DNA of 64,000 nt, taken from NCBI RefSeq assembly GCF_035084215.1, contig NC_090339.1, positions 54,188,001-54,252,000 of the forward strand, in the 5' to 3' direction. The stretch is from Heptranchias perlo. Lineage: Eukaryota. The notes under the pieces were generated by a model. It did no database searches. It saw only the letters and a list, made by a program, of their open reading frames with translations, and had not been told where the DNA came from. The translations under genes were made by a program, and so were the position numbers. Position 1 is the first letter of the stretch, and every line of letters begins with the position of its first letter. Shown in pieces: positions 49,135 through 63,200 of the stretch.

Positions 49135-51490
49135 AACATAAGAGCAGACCTTACGGTTCCTCGAGTCTGCTCTGCCATTCAATACGATCATAGCTGATCA
49201 TCTACCTCACCTCCACTTACCCACCCTATCCCTATATCTCTTGATTACCTTAGTGTACAAATATCTATCATCTCAGTTTTGAATATACTCAATGACTTGG
49301 CATCCACAGCCTTCCAGGGTAGAGAATTCCAAAGATCCACAACTGAGTGAAGAAATTTTTCCCCATCTCAGTTCTAAATGGCCAACCCCTTATGCTGAGA
49401 CCATGAGCCCTAGTTCTAGATTCTCCCGCCTGAGGAAACAGCATCTCAGCATCAACCCTGTCAAGCCCTGTAAGAATTTTATGTTTCAATGAGATCACCG
49501 CTCAGTCTTCTAAACTCCAGAGACTATAAACCCATTCTTTTTTTTTTACTCGTTCATGGGATGTGGGCGTCGCTGGCGAGGCCGGCATTTACTGCCCATC
49601 CCTAATTGCCCTTAAGAAGGTGGTGGTGAGCCGCCTTCTTGAACCGCTGCAGTCCGTGTGGTGAAGATTCTCCTACAGTGCTTTTAGGAAGGGAGTTCCA
49701 GGATTTTAACCCAGTGACGATGAAGGAACGGCGATATATTTCCAAGTTGGGATGGTGTGTGACTTGGAGGGGAACGTGCAGGTGGTGTTGTTCCCATGTA
49801 CCTGCTGCTCTTGTCCTTCTAGGTGGTAGAGGTCGCGGGTTTGGGAGGTGCTGTCGAAGAAGCCTTGGCGAGTTGCTGCAGTGCATCCTGTGGACGGTAC
49901 ACACTGCAGCCACTGCGCTGGTGGTGGATGGGGTGCCAATCAAGTGGGCTGCTTTGTCCTGGATGGTGTCGAGCTTCATGAGTGCTGTTGGAGCTGCACT
50001 CATCCAGGCAAGTGGAGAGTATTCCATTACACTCCTGACTTGTGCCTTGTAGATGGTGGAAAGGATTTGGGGAGTCAGGAGGTGAGTCACTCGCCGCAGA
50101 ATACCCAGCCTCTGACCTGCTCTTGTAGCCACAGTATTTATGTGGCTGGTCCAGTTAAGTTTCTGGTTAATGGTGACCCCCAGGATGTTGATGGTGGGGG
50201 ATTCGGCGATGTTAATGCCGTTGAATGTCGAGGGGCGGTGGTTAGACTCTCTTGTTGGAGATGGTAATTGCCTGGCACTTGTCTGGCGCGAATGTTACTT
50301 GCCACTTATGAGCTCAAGTCTGGATGTTGTCCAGGTCTTGCTGCATGGAGGCTCGGACTGCTTCATTATCTGAGGGGTTGCAAATGGAACTGAGCACAGT
50401 GCAATCATCAGCGAACATCCCCATTTCTGACCTTATGATGGAGGGAAGGTCATTGATGAAGCAGCTGAAGATGGTTGGGCCTCGGACACTGCCTTGAGGA
50501 ATTCCTGCTGCAATGTCCTGGGGCTGAGATGATTGACCTCCAACAGCCACTACCATCTTCCTCAATCTCACCTCATAGGACAACCCTCTCATCCCAGGAA
50601 TCAATCTAGTGACCCTTCATTGCACCCCCTCTAAGGCAAGTATATCCTTCCTTGGGTAAGGAGACCAAAACTGTACACAGTACTCCAGGTGTGGCCTCAC
50701 CAAAGCCCTATATAATTGCAGCAAGACTTCCTTACTCGTATACTCCAACCTCCTTGCAATAAAGGCTAACACACCATTTGCTTTTCCAATTGGTTCCTGT
50801 ACCTGCATGTTAACTGTGTTTCTGAATACCAACATTTACTAGTCTCCTTTTAAAAAATATTCTGCTTTTGTATTCTTCCTACCAAAGTGGATAATTTGAC
50901 ATTTCCCTGCTTTATACTCCATCTGCCACCTTCTTGCCCACTCATTTAACCTGTCTATATCCCTTTGTAGCCTCTTTGCATCCTCCTCACAACTTACTTT
51001 CCCACCTAGCTTTGTTATCAGCAAACCTGGATACGTTACACTCGGTCCCCTCATCTATGTCATTGATATAGATTGTAAATAGCTGAGGCCCAAGCACTGA
51101 TCCTTGCGGCACCCCACTAGTTACAACCTGCCAACCCGAAAATGACCCGTTTATTCCTACTCCATTTTCTCTGTCTGTCAACCAATCCTCAATTCATGCT
51201 AATATATTACTCCCAATCCCATGAGTCCTAATCTTGCGTAATAACCTCTTGTGTGGCACCTTATCGAATGCCTTTTGAAAATCCAAATATACTACATCCG
51301 TTGGTTCCCCTTATCTACCCTGCTAGTCACACCCTCAAAAAAAAACCCTAATAGAATTGTCAAACACGATTTCCCTTTTATAAAACCATGTTGACTCCGC
51401 CTAATCGTATTGTGATTTTCTAAGTGCCCTGTTCCTATGTCCTTGATAGATTCTAGCATTTTCTCCACTACTGATGTCAGGCTAACTGTG
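49135..51490 (-). mobile_element. CR1 LINE RT/3' region, split by the 49538-50562 insertion
   Basis: [44 protein letters not shown]. Confidence 0.88.
49538..50562 (-). mobile_element. Same LINE family, ~1 kb, inserted in a CR1
   Basis: RT motifs GIPQGSVRGPTIFSCFINDLP, MFADDCT; poly-T at the left end. Confidence 0.88.
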
Positions 51491-51619
51491 CCAGTTTCAC
51501 ACGGTGCCAGTTTTATTCTTGCCATGCTAGCTTCTGCTTTCCTATCAGATTGATATTCTACAGGTCATACCTTAATGTATAACTGTGCCAGTGCTGCTAG
51601 TCACCGTGATGTGTGTTCT

Positions 51620-52990
51620 AAGTTGCTGCTGAAGTCAGTCTACACTCAATCATCAGCAAAGTGATGGAAGGTGTCGTCGACAGTGCTATTAAGCGGCACT
51701 TACTCACCAATAACCTGCTCAGTTCAGGTTCTGCCAGGACCACTTGGCTCCAGACTCCATTACAGCCTTGGCCCAAACATGGACAAAAGAGCTGAATTCC
51801 AGAGGTGAGGTGAGAGTGACTGCCCTTGACATCAAGGCAGCATTTGACCGAATGTGGCACCAAGGAGCCCTAGTAAAATTGAAGTCAATGGGATTCGGGG
51901 GGAAAACTCTCCTGTAGCTGGAGTCATACCTAGCACAAAGGAAGATGGTAGTGGTTGTTGGAGGCCAACCATCTCTGCCCCAGGACATTGCAGCAGGAGT
52001 TCCTCAGGGCAGTGTCCTAGGCCCAGTCGTCTTCAGCTGCTTCATCAATGACCTTCCCTCCATCATAAGGTCAGAAATGGGGATTTTCGCTGATGATTGC
52101 ACGGTGTTCAGTTCCATTTGCAACCCTTCAGATAATGAAACGGTCCGTGCCCGCATGCAGCAAGACCTGGACAACATCCAGGCTTAGGTTGATAAGTGGC
52201 AAGTAACATTCGCGCCAGACAAGTGCCAGGCAATTACCATCTCCAACAAGAGAGAGTCTAACCACCTTCCCTCGACATTCAACGACATTAACATCGCCGA
52301 ATCCCCCACCATCAACATCCTGGGGGTCACCATTGACCAGAAACTTAACTGGACCAGCCACATAAATACAATTGCTACAAGAGCAGGTCAGAGGCTGGGT
52401 ATTCTGCGGCGAGTGGCTCACCTCCTGACTTCCCAAAGCCTTTCCACCATCTACAAGGCACAAGTCAGGAGTGTGATGGAATACTCTCCACTTGCCTGGA
52501 TGATGCAGCTCCAACAACACTCAAGAAGCTTGACACCATCCAGGACAAAGCAGCCTGCTTAATTGGCACCCCATCCACACCCTAAACATTCACTCCCTTC
52601 ACCACCGGCGCACCGTGGCTGCAGTGTGTACCATCCATAGGATGCACTGCAGCAACTCGCCAAGGCTTCTTCGACAGCATCTCCCAAACCCGCGACCTCT
52701 ACCACCTAGAAGGACAAGGGCAGCAGGCACATGGGAACAACACCACCTGCACGTTCCCCTCCAAGTCACACACCATCCCAACTTGGAAATATATCGCCGT
52801 TCCTTCATCGTCGCTGGGTCAAAATCCTGGAACTCCCTTCCTAACAGCACTGTGGAGAACCTTCACCACACGGACTGCAGTGGTTCAAGAAGGTGGCTCA
52901 CCACCACCTTCTCAAGGTCAATTGGGGATGGGCAATAAATGCTGGCCTCGCCAGCGACGCCCACGTCCCATGAACGAATTTTTTAAAAAG
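51620..52990 (+). mobile_element. Same LINE family, ~1.35 kb
   Basis: RT motifs [30 protein letters not shown] through to the 3' tail. Confidence 0.88.
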
Positions 52991-55302
52991 TTCTTTTTTT
53001 TTCTTTCAGTTTTGTGTTGGCTGTAGCTGCTGTATTTCTCAGTCGATCATGGAGCCAGGAGGCCTTGTTCTAGATTGACGTCTCCTGTGATGACACTCTA
53101 CTGAAAGGCACTTGTTGTGAAAAGTTGAAATATTTTGAATACAAAATACAGCTATTTTGTTGCAAACAGCCAAGTGCTGAATGTTAAAATGCTCAAAAAT
53201 AGCTACATTAAAATGGCTTAAAAGTAAGAGTAAAGAACAGCGTGAATTCGGAATCACTGCGCCAGTGGCTGTGCTTTTATATGTGTTGGTCTGTGCTGTA
53301 AAAAGCTAATTCAAGAGTCAACAGGTGTTAAATTTGAAATATTCATCACACCATTTGCACTCCCATAGACCCCAGTCGTTACCAAATTTATTGATCCTTC
53401 TCTTGTCGATCAATATGGTTCTGTAAATACTTTGCTAGTGACAGGAGGACATTTTTTTTCAGTACTGGATGTGTGTGTAATTGATTTAATTGTAGTTGAT
53501 TGCAGGGCATTAGTCAGTCAGCTAGGTGCTACAGTTTGGCATGACTTGGCAACAAGGCATCCCCGGCCATTTGTAAGAAGTAGTAGTCAAAGTCTTTGCA
53601 GTAAGGTTTGGACTAAATGACACAATGTTAAACCACTGATGTGGGGTTGCACTCCAGAACCAGTCACGCTGACTAAGTAGTGAACCTAATGGTTTCCTAT
53701 GAAAATTTGCATTTATTTAAAATTCTAGGATAGGGGAGGATGGTGGGAATTGGGCAGATGTGCAGTAATAGTGTTGCTCTACATTGGATATTGCGATTGC
53801 TGTCCACAGGAGTTGCCACATATTCACGCCATTTAGAGAAGGAAATATTTTAAATTGCCTTGGGTAGGATGAAGGCTGGGCCTTGGCTCTTAGCTAGGCC
53901 ACTGTGGAAGTCAGCGAGAGGAAGCCAGATGCTGTCCCATAGGATGGAGAGTTGTCCTGCAAAGAGGAAGAGATCTGCCTAAACTTCCCTTTTGGGTTTG
54001 ACTTTGACTAGCTTTTTAGAACACTTTTACTTTCAATAAAGAGCAACTCCTGTAGTCTTTCAGTGGCAGCCCTTACTAGATCAGGCAAGGATGTAAAGCA
54101 CGTATAATATATTTATGCGTATAGGCTGGAAATGAGGCAAGAAAACACAATTCAGACGATTTACAGTGAAAAACAAAAATCAAATTGCCTTAACAGAGTG
54201 ATCCAAAATGTTTTGTCGCATCTGGGCAATGCATTCCAGTTTTATTCAGTTGATGAATGCTGCTGGATACCACAGTGTATCGTAATCTGAACTGACTGAC
54301 ATGATATCAACTTTTCATTTTGCTGTATGATATGTGGTTATGGCAAACCTTGTGTATGATATCAATATCAATCTGAGGGGCTAGCACTCCACTCTGATCC
54401 TTGAAGCCCATTCTAACTTCCTGTTGTGATGTAATGAATTGTTACAGTTCTAACTGCGTGATGCTGTAACAGTTCAGATTCCTAACTGACCCGCCAGCTG
54501 AGTAATCGATGTAACCATAACGACAGAATATGCTTGATTTAAACCACACTCCTTCAAACTGTAATAGTTCCTTTTTTATACACCCCGAGGGGACCGAGTC
54601 ATCTGGTTGTGAAAACATCCGTCTTTCAATAGGCCACGCCATTAAAGGTATCGTGTTCAGCACAAGAACATTATTATTCTGTGGTAGTAATATGACAAAT
54701 TTTATTTATAATCACTAGAGTAAACTATATTTTTGAATGTAATAGTATGAATCCTGGAAAGTAGTGAAATTGGTCTTGTCTCAAAGTATATTTAAAGGAC
54801 CCGTTTTAAATGGCATTCCTTGATGTTGAGCGTCTTCTGACTGCCACGTGATGGTTAAATGGTCAGTTTTAAGAAATTGTTATGCTAACCTGTTAGCTGA
54901 TGAAAATCAGTTTTTAAAGTCACTAAATAGATTTAAAAACAAAATTATTGCTGTATGTTAGTGGAGGAGATGTCATAATATGTTAATTATCTGCAGTACC
55001 AAGGACTATGACGTGATGTAACTTGGACATTCTGATTGGCTGGCTTACTTCTGGGGATATCCAGTTAGAGCCAATAACCTCCAGTCATGTGTTATACGTA
55101 ACTTCTGTCTGGACAGTCGTTATAAGATTAATAAACTATCGTCACTAATTATGTCCTTATGATAATGTGCCTTCACTTTTATCCTTTGAAGTACTATATT
55201 GGTAAATAATTAGCAATAAACCTCTAAATATGACTAATAACATTTTAGCTCAATACAACTTGTGTGACCCCCTCTCCTAATTTTGTTTTTTCTATTTTCC
55301 AG

Positions 55303-55417
55303 ACCGAAGGTGCCCGCAACCTTTCGCTGTCTGGGCACGTTGGCTTTGACGGTATGCCAGACCAGTTAGTCAACAAGTCAGTATGTCAGGGCTTCTGCTT
55401 CAACATCTTGTGTGTGG
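55303..55417 (+). CDS. SEPTIN6: Septin-6 exon 2; gene continues past the window end
   Basis: [38 protein letters not shown]; 115 nt; ttccag| ... |gtgagt. Confidence 0.95.
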
Positions 55418-56575
55418 GTGAGTACTTAACAGGTGGAATTCCCACATAAGCATCTCTTATTAAAGGCTGACTGACTCCATGGTGTATGTCTTAATGACTT
55501 TTATGCTCATCAAGGTGATGTGGTAGACATTTGCTTTTTTTCTGCCCAGTATTGAACATTTTCCCAGGTATGTATGCTGATGGGTCGGATGCATTAGAGA
55601 ACACTCTTCACTGCCACAACAGTAACTATTGAAAGGTCACTCTACCACCCTTCAGCCAATGGCATTGTATGTTTGCATTGTTCTTGTCTTATTATTGGAC
55701 TCACTGACCACTGTTTATAAAGAATGGAAACGTTAACAGTTCTGTGCCCTGGACTTGCATCCACTGAAAATGGAGTAAGACTGAACTGTGCTTGGCTTTC
55801 AGGGCAATCATGAAGGAAATCCCTTGTCTCACTGATTGAAACCCTAACGCTAATAAGACTGTTTTTCATTTCACTACCATCTAAGCCCTTGCCCCATAGG
55901 GAGTTTCAATTACAATACTTTTTCCCCTTGGGGTCTTTATAATTCCAAACATTCTGAAAATAATTATACTTCTGAATTTCTGTAATTATTCTTCAGTTAA
56001 GCTATGCAAATGTAGGTTAACTCTAATTACTGTCTGCCATCTTCCATATCCCGGCTACATAGTATTTATAGCACCAGAAACAGGCCATTCAGCCCAACTG
56101 GTCTATGCCAGTGTTTATACTCCAAACGAGCCTCCTCCCTCCCTATTTCATCTAACCCTCTCTACATGTCCTTCTATTCCTTTCTCCCTCATGTACTTGT
56201 CTAGCTTCTCCTTAAAGGCATCTATGCTATTCGCCTCAACTACTCCATGTGATAGCAAGTTCCATAGTATGGGTAAAGAAGTTTCTCCTGAATTCTTTAT
56301 TGGATTTATTAGTGACTATCTTATGTTTATAGCCCCTAGTTTTGGACTCCCACAAGTAGAAACATCATCTCTACTTCTACACTATGAAAACCCTTTATAA
56401 TTTTAAAGACTTCTATTAGATCGCTCCTCAGCCTAATCTTTCCTGAGAAAAGAGCCCCTGTTGAGTGTTTGCCTCTCAGTTCTGGTAATATTCTTGTAAA
56501 TCTTTTTTGCACCTTCTCTAGTGCCTCTATCTACTTTTTGAAATATGGAGACCAGAAGTGTGCACAGTATTCTAA

Positions 56576-57782
56576 GTGACTGGGACCGTGGTAAATTATC
56601 CCTCCTCATCCTTCTCGACATGTGTGCAGCCTTGACACGGTTGATCACACCATCCTCCTCCAATGCCTCTCCTCCGTCGTCCAGCTGTGTAGGACTGCCC
56701 TCGCCTGGTTCCATTCCTATCTATCCAGTTATGTGGCTTCTCTTCCCGCTCTCACACAGTTGCCTCTGGAGTCCCCTAAGGATCTATCCTTAGCCCCCTC
56801 TATTTCTCATCTACATGCTGTCCCTCGGTGACATCATCCGAAAACAAGTCAGGTTCCACGTGTATGCTGATGACACCCAGCTCTACCTCACCACCACCTC
56901 TCTCGACCGCTCCCATTGCTTTTGATTTCTCACACTGCTTGTCTGACATCCAGTACTGAATGAACGGAAATTTCCTCTAACTAAATATTGGGAAGACCAA
57001 AGCCATTGTCTTCGGTCCCTGCCACAAGCTCCGTTCCCCAGCCACCGACTCCATCCCTCTCCCTGGCTACAGTCTGAGTCTGAACCAGACTATTTGCAAC
57101 CTTGACATCCTACTTGACCCTGAGATGAGCTTCCGACCCCTTATCCGCTCCATCACCAAGACCGCCTACTTCCACCTCCGTAACATCGTCCATCTCCGCC
57201 CCTGCCTCAGCTCAACTGCTGCTGAAACCCTCATCCGTGCCTTTGTCACCTCCAGACTTGACTATTCTATTGCGCTCCTGGCTGGCCACCCATCTTCCAC
57301 CCTCCATAAACTTGAGCTCATCCAAAACTTTTGCCCATATCCTAACTGGCACCAAGTCCCATTCACCCATCACCCCCGTGCTCACTGACGTACATTGGCT
57401 TCTGGTCCAGCAACGCCTCCATTTTAAAATCCCTCCATGGCCTTGTCCCTCCCTATCTCTGTAACCTCCAGTTCTACAACCCTCTGAGATCTCTGCTTCT
57501 CCAATTCTGGCCTCTTGCGCATTCCCGATTTTAATCGCTCCACCATTGGCAGCCGTGCCTTCAGCTGCCTAGGCCCTAAGCTCTGGAATTCCCTCCCTAA
57601 ACCCCTCTGCCCCCTTCTCCTTTTTAAGACTCTTCTGAAAGCCTGCCTCTTTGAGCAAGCTTTTGGTCATCTGTCCTAATATCTCCTTTTGTGGCTCGGG
57701 CGCACCTGTGAAGCACCTTGGAGGGGGAGGGGGGGTGGTTTTACTATGTTAAAGGTGCTATATAAATACAAGTTGTCGTCGT
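56576..57782 (+). mobile_element. L2-clade LINE 3' portion, inserted in a - strand CR1 fragment (~56060-57950)
   Basis: LLILLDM(S)AA(F)[29 protein letters not shown]; tail gctatataaatacaagttgtcgtcgtc resembles the DeuSINE tail. Confidence 0.85.
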
Positions 57783-57951
57783 CTAACCAAGGTTCTATAC
57801 AAGTTTGACATAACTTTTCTGCTTTTCAATTCTATCCCTGTAGAAATGAATCCCATTGCTTTTTGTTTTTTGTTTTGGCCTTATTAACCCGCATTGCTAC
57901 TTTGTGATTTGTGTATCTGTACCCTTAGATTCCTCTACCCCATTTGGACTT

Positions 57952-58422
57952 GTGTATAAATTGGCTGCCACATTTCCCTACATTACGAAAAGATTTGCAT
58001 TTATATAGCGCCTTTCACGACCTCGGGATGTCCCAAAGCACTTTACAGCCAATGAAGTACTTTTGAAGTCTAATCACTTATGTTATGTGGGAAACACAGT
58101 AGCCAAATTGCGCACAGCAATGTCCCACAAACAGCAATGTCCCACAAACAGCAATGTGATAACCAGATAATCTGTTTTAGTGGTTATTGGTTGAGGGATA
58201 AATATTGGTCAGGACACCGGGAAGAACTCCCCGCTCTTCAAAATAGAGCCATGGGGTCTTTGACATCCACGTGAGAGGGCAGACGGGCCTCAGTTTAACA
58301 TCTCATCCGAAAGACGAGGTCTTTTGGATACTATAGTGACTACACTTTAAAATTCTTAATTGGCTGTGAAACGTTTTGGAATTTTCTGATGCCGTGAACA
58401 GTGCTATATAAATTCATCTTTT
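57952..58422. mobile_element. DeuSINE (- strand, ~57990-58318) inserted in a + strand DeuSINE 3' fragment
   Basis: The + fragment aattggctgccacatttccctacattac resumes as agtgactacac...ctatataaat after the inverted copy. Confidence 0.7.
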
Positions 58423-60269
58423 GTTCTGAAGCATTGAATAACATAGCAGTAAAGGTGCCTAGCTTGAGTGAAAGGCCTTCAGTGATACTCCTGATTGTGC
58501 ATCTTTCACCATTAATGTTGTTTGCAAGGTAAAACATTCAAAGTTTCCACTATTCTTGTCTTTATGTAAATTGAATTTTTCGGAGAATGGTCTCTGTGGT
58601 ATTACCTCACTACCAATTTTGGGGATGGTTTCCACTATCTCTCTACTAAACCTCGAGATGTTGCCATCGAAAGTGCAAAATAATGTTGTTAGAACTGATA
58701 GTATTGATAGATGGCACTGATAGATGTTACAGTTAATGGCTTAAACGGATAGCATTGTGGAGAGGTGCCAGTTCAATGGACTTTACAGTTTTGCAGAATG
58801 CCTCCATTAAAGCTGACGGTGTAAGAAATTTTTGCAAGGCATTTTTGCTTCTGCTAATGCAGTCCAGAAATATCTTGAATTTATTATAATCCACATGGGC
58901 CAAAATCTGATTTAGTTTTCCATGCCACCATCATCACAGTGTATTAACTTCTCATTGTTAGATCACTGAAGGACACACACTTAAATTTAAAGTACTATAA
59001 CTCTCTCAAAGAATTATAGTAATCCTATTGCACAATTAGGATTAAAGTTGATACATTCTCTGCATTAAGCGTGATCTACAATCGGATAAAATAGAATAGT
59101 TGTGGTGGTTTGATCTTGCAAATGACAGCACCGAGTCTTGTTTGTTTTATATAAATGAGCAAGTTCAAATATTTGCAGTGCAAAGAAAGAATTGGGTCTC
59201 CGAGAAAGGGAGAGTGTTACATTTGCATGGATCTGCCTAACCACTCTGGCTTATTGAGGTAAGGTACCCAAGAAAAGTCCAACCACGCTGCAGTGATCCT
59301 TCAGGGAAAGAAGGTTCAAATGCTTAGGTTATTTTTGACTTTGTATGAAACGTAAGTAACTTATTAAATGGTAAGTGGAATCCTGCTGCCTATATTTGTT
59401 TTAATACACTTGCCATTTTAGCTTCAAAAATGAGGACAGGAGATTGGAAGTTCCCTTTGATCCAGTACAATAGAGCGGATGTGACCGTTCATTTTGATTT
59501 CCTGGATGATTGATTTACTGGAATTTTAGCTATTAGCATTCATTTACTTTTACTTTTCTTACCTGGGTTGTCAGCAGGTCATAAGGCTGCTGGGCTGGTA
59601 ATCGAAGCCACTGGCTGCGTATACCGACCGTGACTGAGTCCTGAGCTGAGCCGGGCCATCTAAAAGAAGGCACGGGCATTTTCTGGGTGGGAGAGAAAGG
59701 CAAAAGAGTGTTTCAATATGTAGGGTGGTCTGGTGCCCCCTAATGGCTTGCTAGATGATGTTGATATTGTCATGGCAACAACCTACTTGTCTGCCCACTT
59801 AGACTAGGAACAATGAGTTGAGGGGAGGAAACCTAATCAGTATCTATCAAGATATTTAACCTATTGGTACTAGTACATTGTAAGCAAAACTGCATTTTAA
59901 ACTGATGGACTTTAATGTGTCATAGGCTTGTTGTGTGACTCTTAACTTCACCTGAAATTGTACCCATCACTAGCACCATTAATGCTTCACCCTAACATTG
60001 CATACTGGTTTTTCCAGATCAAAAAAAGTAACTAAGCTAGCCCCAAAAGTCACAGACTCATTAATCTTGCATCAGTAATTAATTGGTAAAATAGTGGAAT
60101 TGTTCATTGGGAACAAACTTGAGGATTAGCTGTACGAACATAACCACAGAACTAGCAGCCATTCTAGTTTCAGATGGGGGAGATCCTGCCTGACCAACCT
60201 CCACAACTTTTTTGTTGAGGAAGTGACATCCTAAGTGGAATTGGAAACCCCTATGATGTAGTATGCAAG

Positions 60270-63200
60270 CTTTCCAGAATGCCTTCAATTTAGTGTTTAA
60301 TAAAGTTCTACATGCAAGGCTGCTTCATAAGTATAGGACTTGGACATGGATAAGGAATTAACTGAGAGTGTAAACCTCGGGTACTAATTATGGGAGTGAC
60401 AGCAGACTGGGAAATTGTACTGAGTGGCGTGTCCCAGAGATCGGTGCTGGGGCCCTACTGTTTCTAATCTACATAAACAACCTGATTCAGAAACTCATGC
60501 AAGTTGGTGACATTTGCAGATAATACTAAACTGGGGAAGGCAATTTGATGAAGCAGCCATGGAACTAAAGAAGGACCTTGACGACATCTGTACGTAGATA
60601 ACATTCAGTACAGATAAGTGCTGGGTATCAGCCTTGTGTCTCTTACCTGCACCACTTCCAGAGCTGCTTTTATTTATTCTTGGGATGTAGGCAACGCAGC
60701 ATTTATTGACCATCCCTAGTTGCCTGGAGATCATTGAGTTAACCATGTGGGCGGAAGTAATATATAGGGATAGCAGGTTCCCTTCCTTGAAAGAATTATT
60801 CAGCTAGGCTTTCATGACAATCTGGCAGCTTTCATGGTCATATTTTCTAGTGCCAGCTCTCAAACTTACAGAATTAATTTTCCCAATTTGCCACAGTGGG
60901 ATTTGAACTCGAGACCTCTGGATTGCTAGTCCAGTACCAGAGCCACTACAATACCATACTCCATTGATGTTTTCCTTGTACTTTGGTCACCAGAACTGAA
61001 TGCAGTATTCCAGGTGTAGCCTGACTAGCTTCAGCATGGTGGCTGAAAGAAAAAAGTGATGTACTTAATGAATCATGTAAAATCAACTTTGGGGGTGGGG
61101 TGGGGTGGGGAGGGGGGTGCTGCTGCTGCATGAGATCAGAGGGTGATAAACCCATAGGAAGATGGGAACAGGAGTAAGTAATTCAGCCCTTCTAGCCTGT
61201 TCTGCCATTCAGTTAGATCATGACAGATCTGCACCTCAACTCAGTTTACCTGCCGTCTAAGTTGATCCAGCATCCACAGCTTTTTGGAGGACAGAGTTCC
61301 AGATTCCCACTACCCTCTGTGCTTCCTGATTTTGCTCCTAAGTGGCTTTTTGTCCTGGATTCCCCCACCAGAGGAAATAGTTTATCTGTATCTACCCTAT
61401 CGAATCCCTTTATCATTTTAAACATCTCTATTAGATCACCCCTCAACCTTCTAAGCTCAAGGGAATACAAACCAGATTTATGCAACCTGGCCTCATAAGT
61501 TAACCCTTTTAATCCCTGGTATAATTCTGGTGAATTTGCACTGTATACCCTTCGAGGCCAATACATCTTTTGTAAGGTTCACTGTCCAACATTGAACGCA
61601 GTACTGCAGATGGGGTCTGACTAAGGCTTTGTACAACTGAAGCATCACTTTTTTTTTAATTTTTGTGTTCCAGCCCTCTTGAGATAAAGGCCAACGTTCC
61701 ATTTGCCTTTTTGTACTTGTGCACCAGCTATTAGTGATTTGTATGCCTGGACACCCAAACCCTTTTGCTCCTCCTCAGCTCCTAGTGTCTCTCCATTTAA
61801 AAAAAAATTTGGAATTGTCTTTCTCTCTCCGATCCAAAGTGGATGACCTCACACTTCCACACATTAAACTCCATCGACTCAAAACTTTACTACTCTGCAA
61901 CAAACCAGCATAAATCAACAAAGCAAACTGAATGCTAAGATACATTTGTCAAATATATTAGATCTGAAGTCACTGTGCTGAAGCTGTGGCATGCTCTTGC
62001 CAGATTGCGTCTTGAGTACTGTGTTTGATTCTGGTCACCAAGATCATCCAATCCCTGGAAGCAGTGCAGAGAAGAGCAACAAAACTGATCCCCACTGTTA
62101 GGAGACTGAGTTATTGAGAAATGGGAGGATTGTTAAGATATAATCCGTATCAATAGAGTTAAGGAACAGGATGGGAAAATGGTGCACTACTTGCGGTGTA
62201 TTATAAGCCACCAAACCATGGAGATAAGATAGAAGGGAGATTTGTAGACTGTTCAGCGATATATGCAAGAACAGCAGGGTAATTATATTTGATTTCAAAT
62301 ATCCCAAATTACGAACATACGAAATTGATGGGCAGGAAAAGACCAGCTGGTCCATCAAGCCTGGCCCACATCATGATGGCCAGATTACCAAGACGAGACA
62401 CTTCCTCTCTCCTCAACCCCCCCCACCCCCCTTTTTTACAGCCATGTAATCTCCTGGGACAGGCAAAAAATTAGACTGGGATAAAGGTAATTTATGTGGT
62501 CAAAGTGGAGAATTCATTTTAGAACGCTCAGGGCCGCTTCCTAGATTAGTATGTTTCTAGTCTGATAAGGATATAAATCTTGCTTCTTCTAGTTTGGGGA
62601 AAATGGAAGTGGAACAAATAACTGATGAGAGTAGCCAAATAATTGGGAAATAGCGACTGCAATAAAGTATGTTAAAATAGAACAGAATAATGAGGAGTTA
62701 TAGATAAGGATGCTGGACTGGAAAAAGGCAAACTTCAATGAGCTACGGTGGGATTTGGCCCAAATTAACTGGGCAAAAAAGTTGAGTTTTCAAATACGAG
62801 TTAAGAATACAAAATATATATATTCCCACAAGACAAAAAGGGGCTCCGTCAAACAGAGTACTGGTGATCAATAGAATGATCAAAACTAAAATAAAACTTA
62901 AAAGGTAGGCATATGATAAAATTAGGGTTAAACATACTAAAGAAAGTAATGAGGAATATAGAAAGTGGAGAAGTGACAAGAGATGAGATGGGTTAAAAGG
63001 AAATATCTTTTTTTAAAAATAAAGCCCCTCATAATGTAAAAGGAATAATAAGGGCTTTATAAACATTAAAAGTAATAGAATAAGTAGAGAGCCACTCAAG
63101 GATGAAGAGGGCGGGGGTGGGATCTGGTGGAGGATGGTGTCGTCATCGAGATAATCACAAACGATGGCAGAAGTGAAAATGTAGGTGTATCAAAGGAGGA

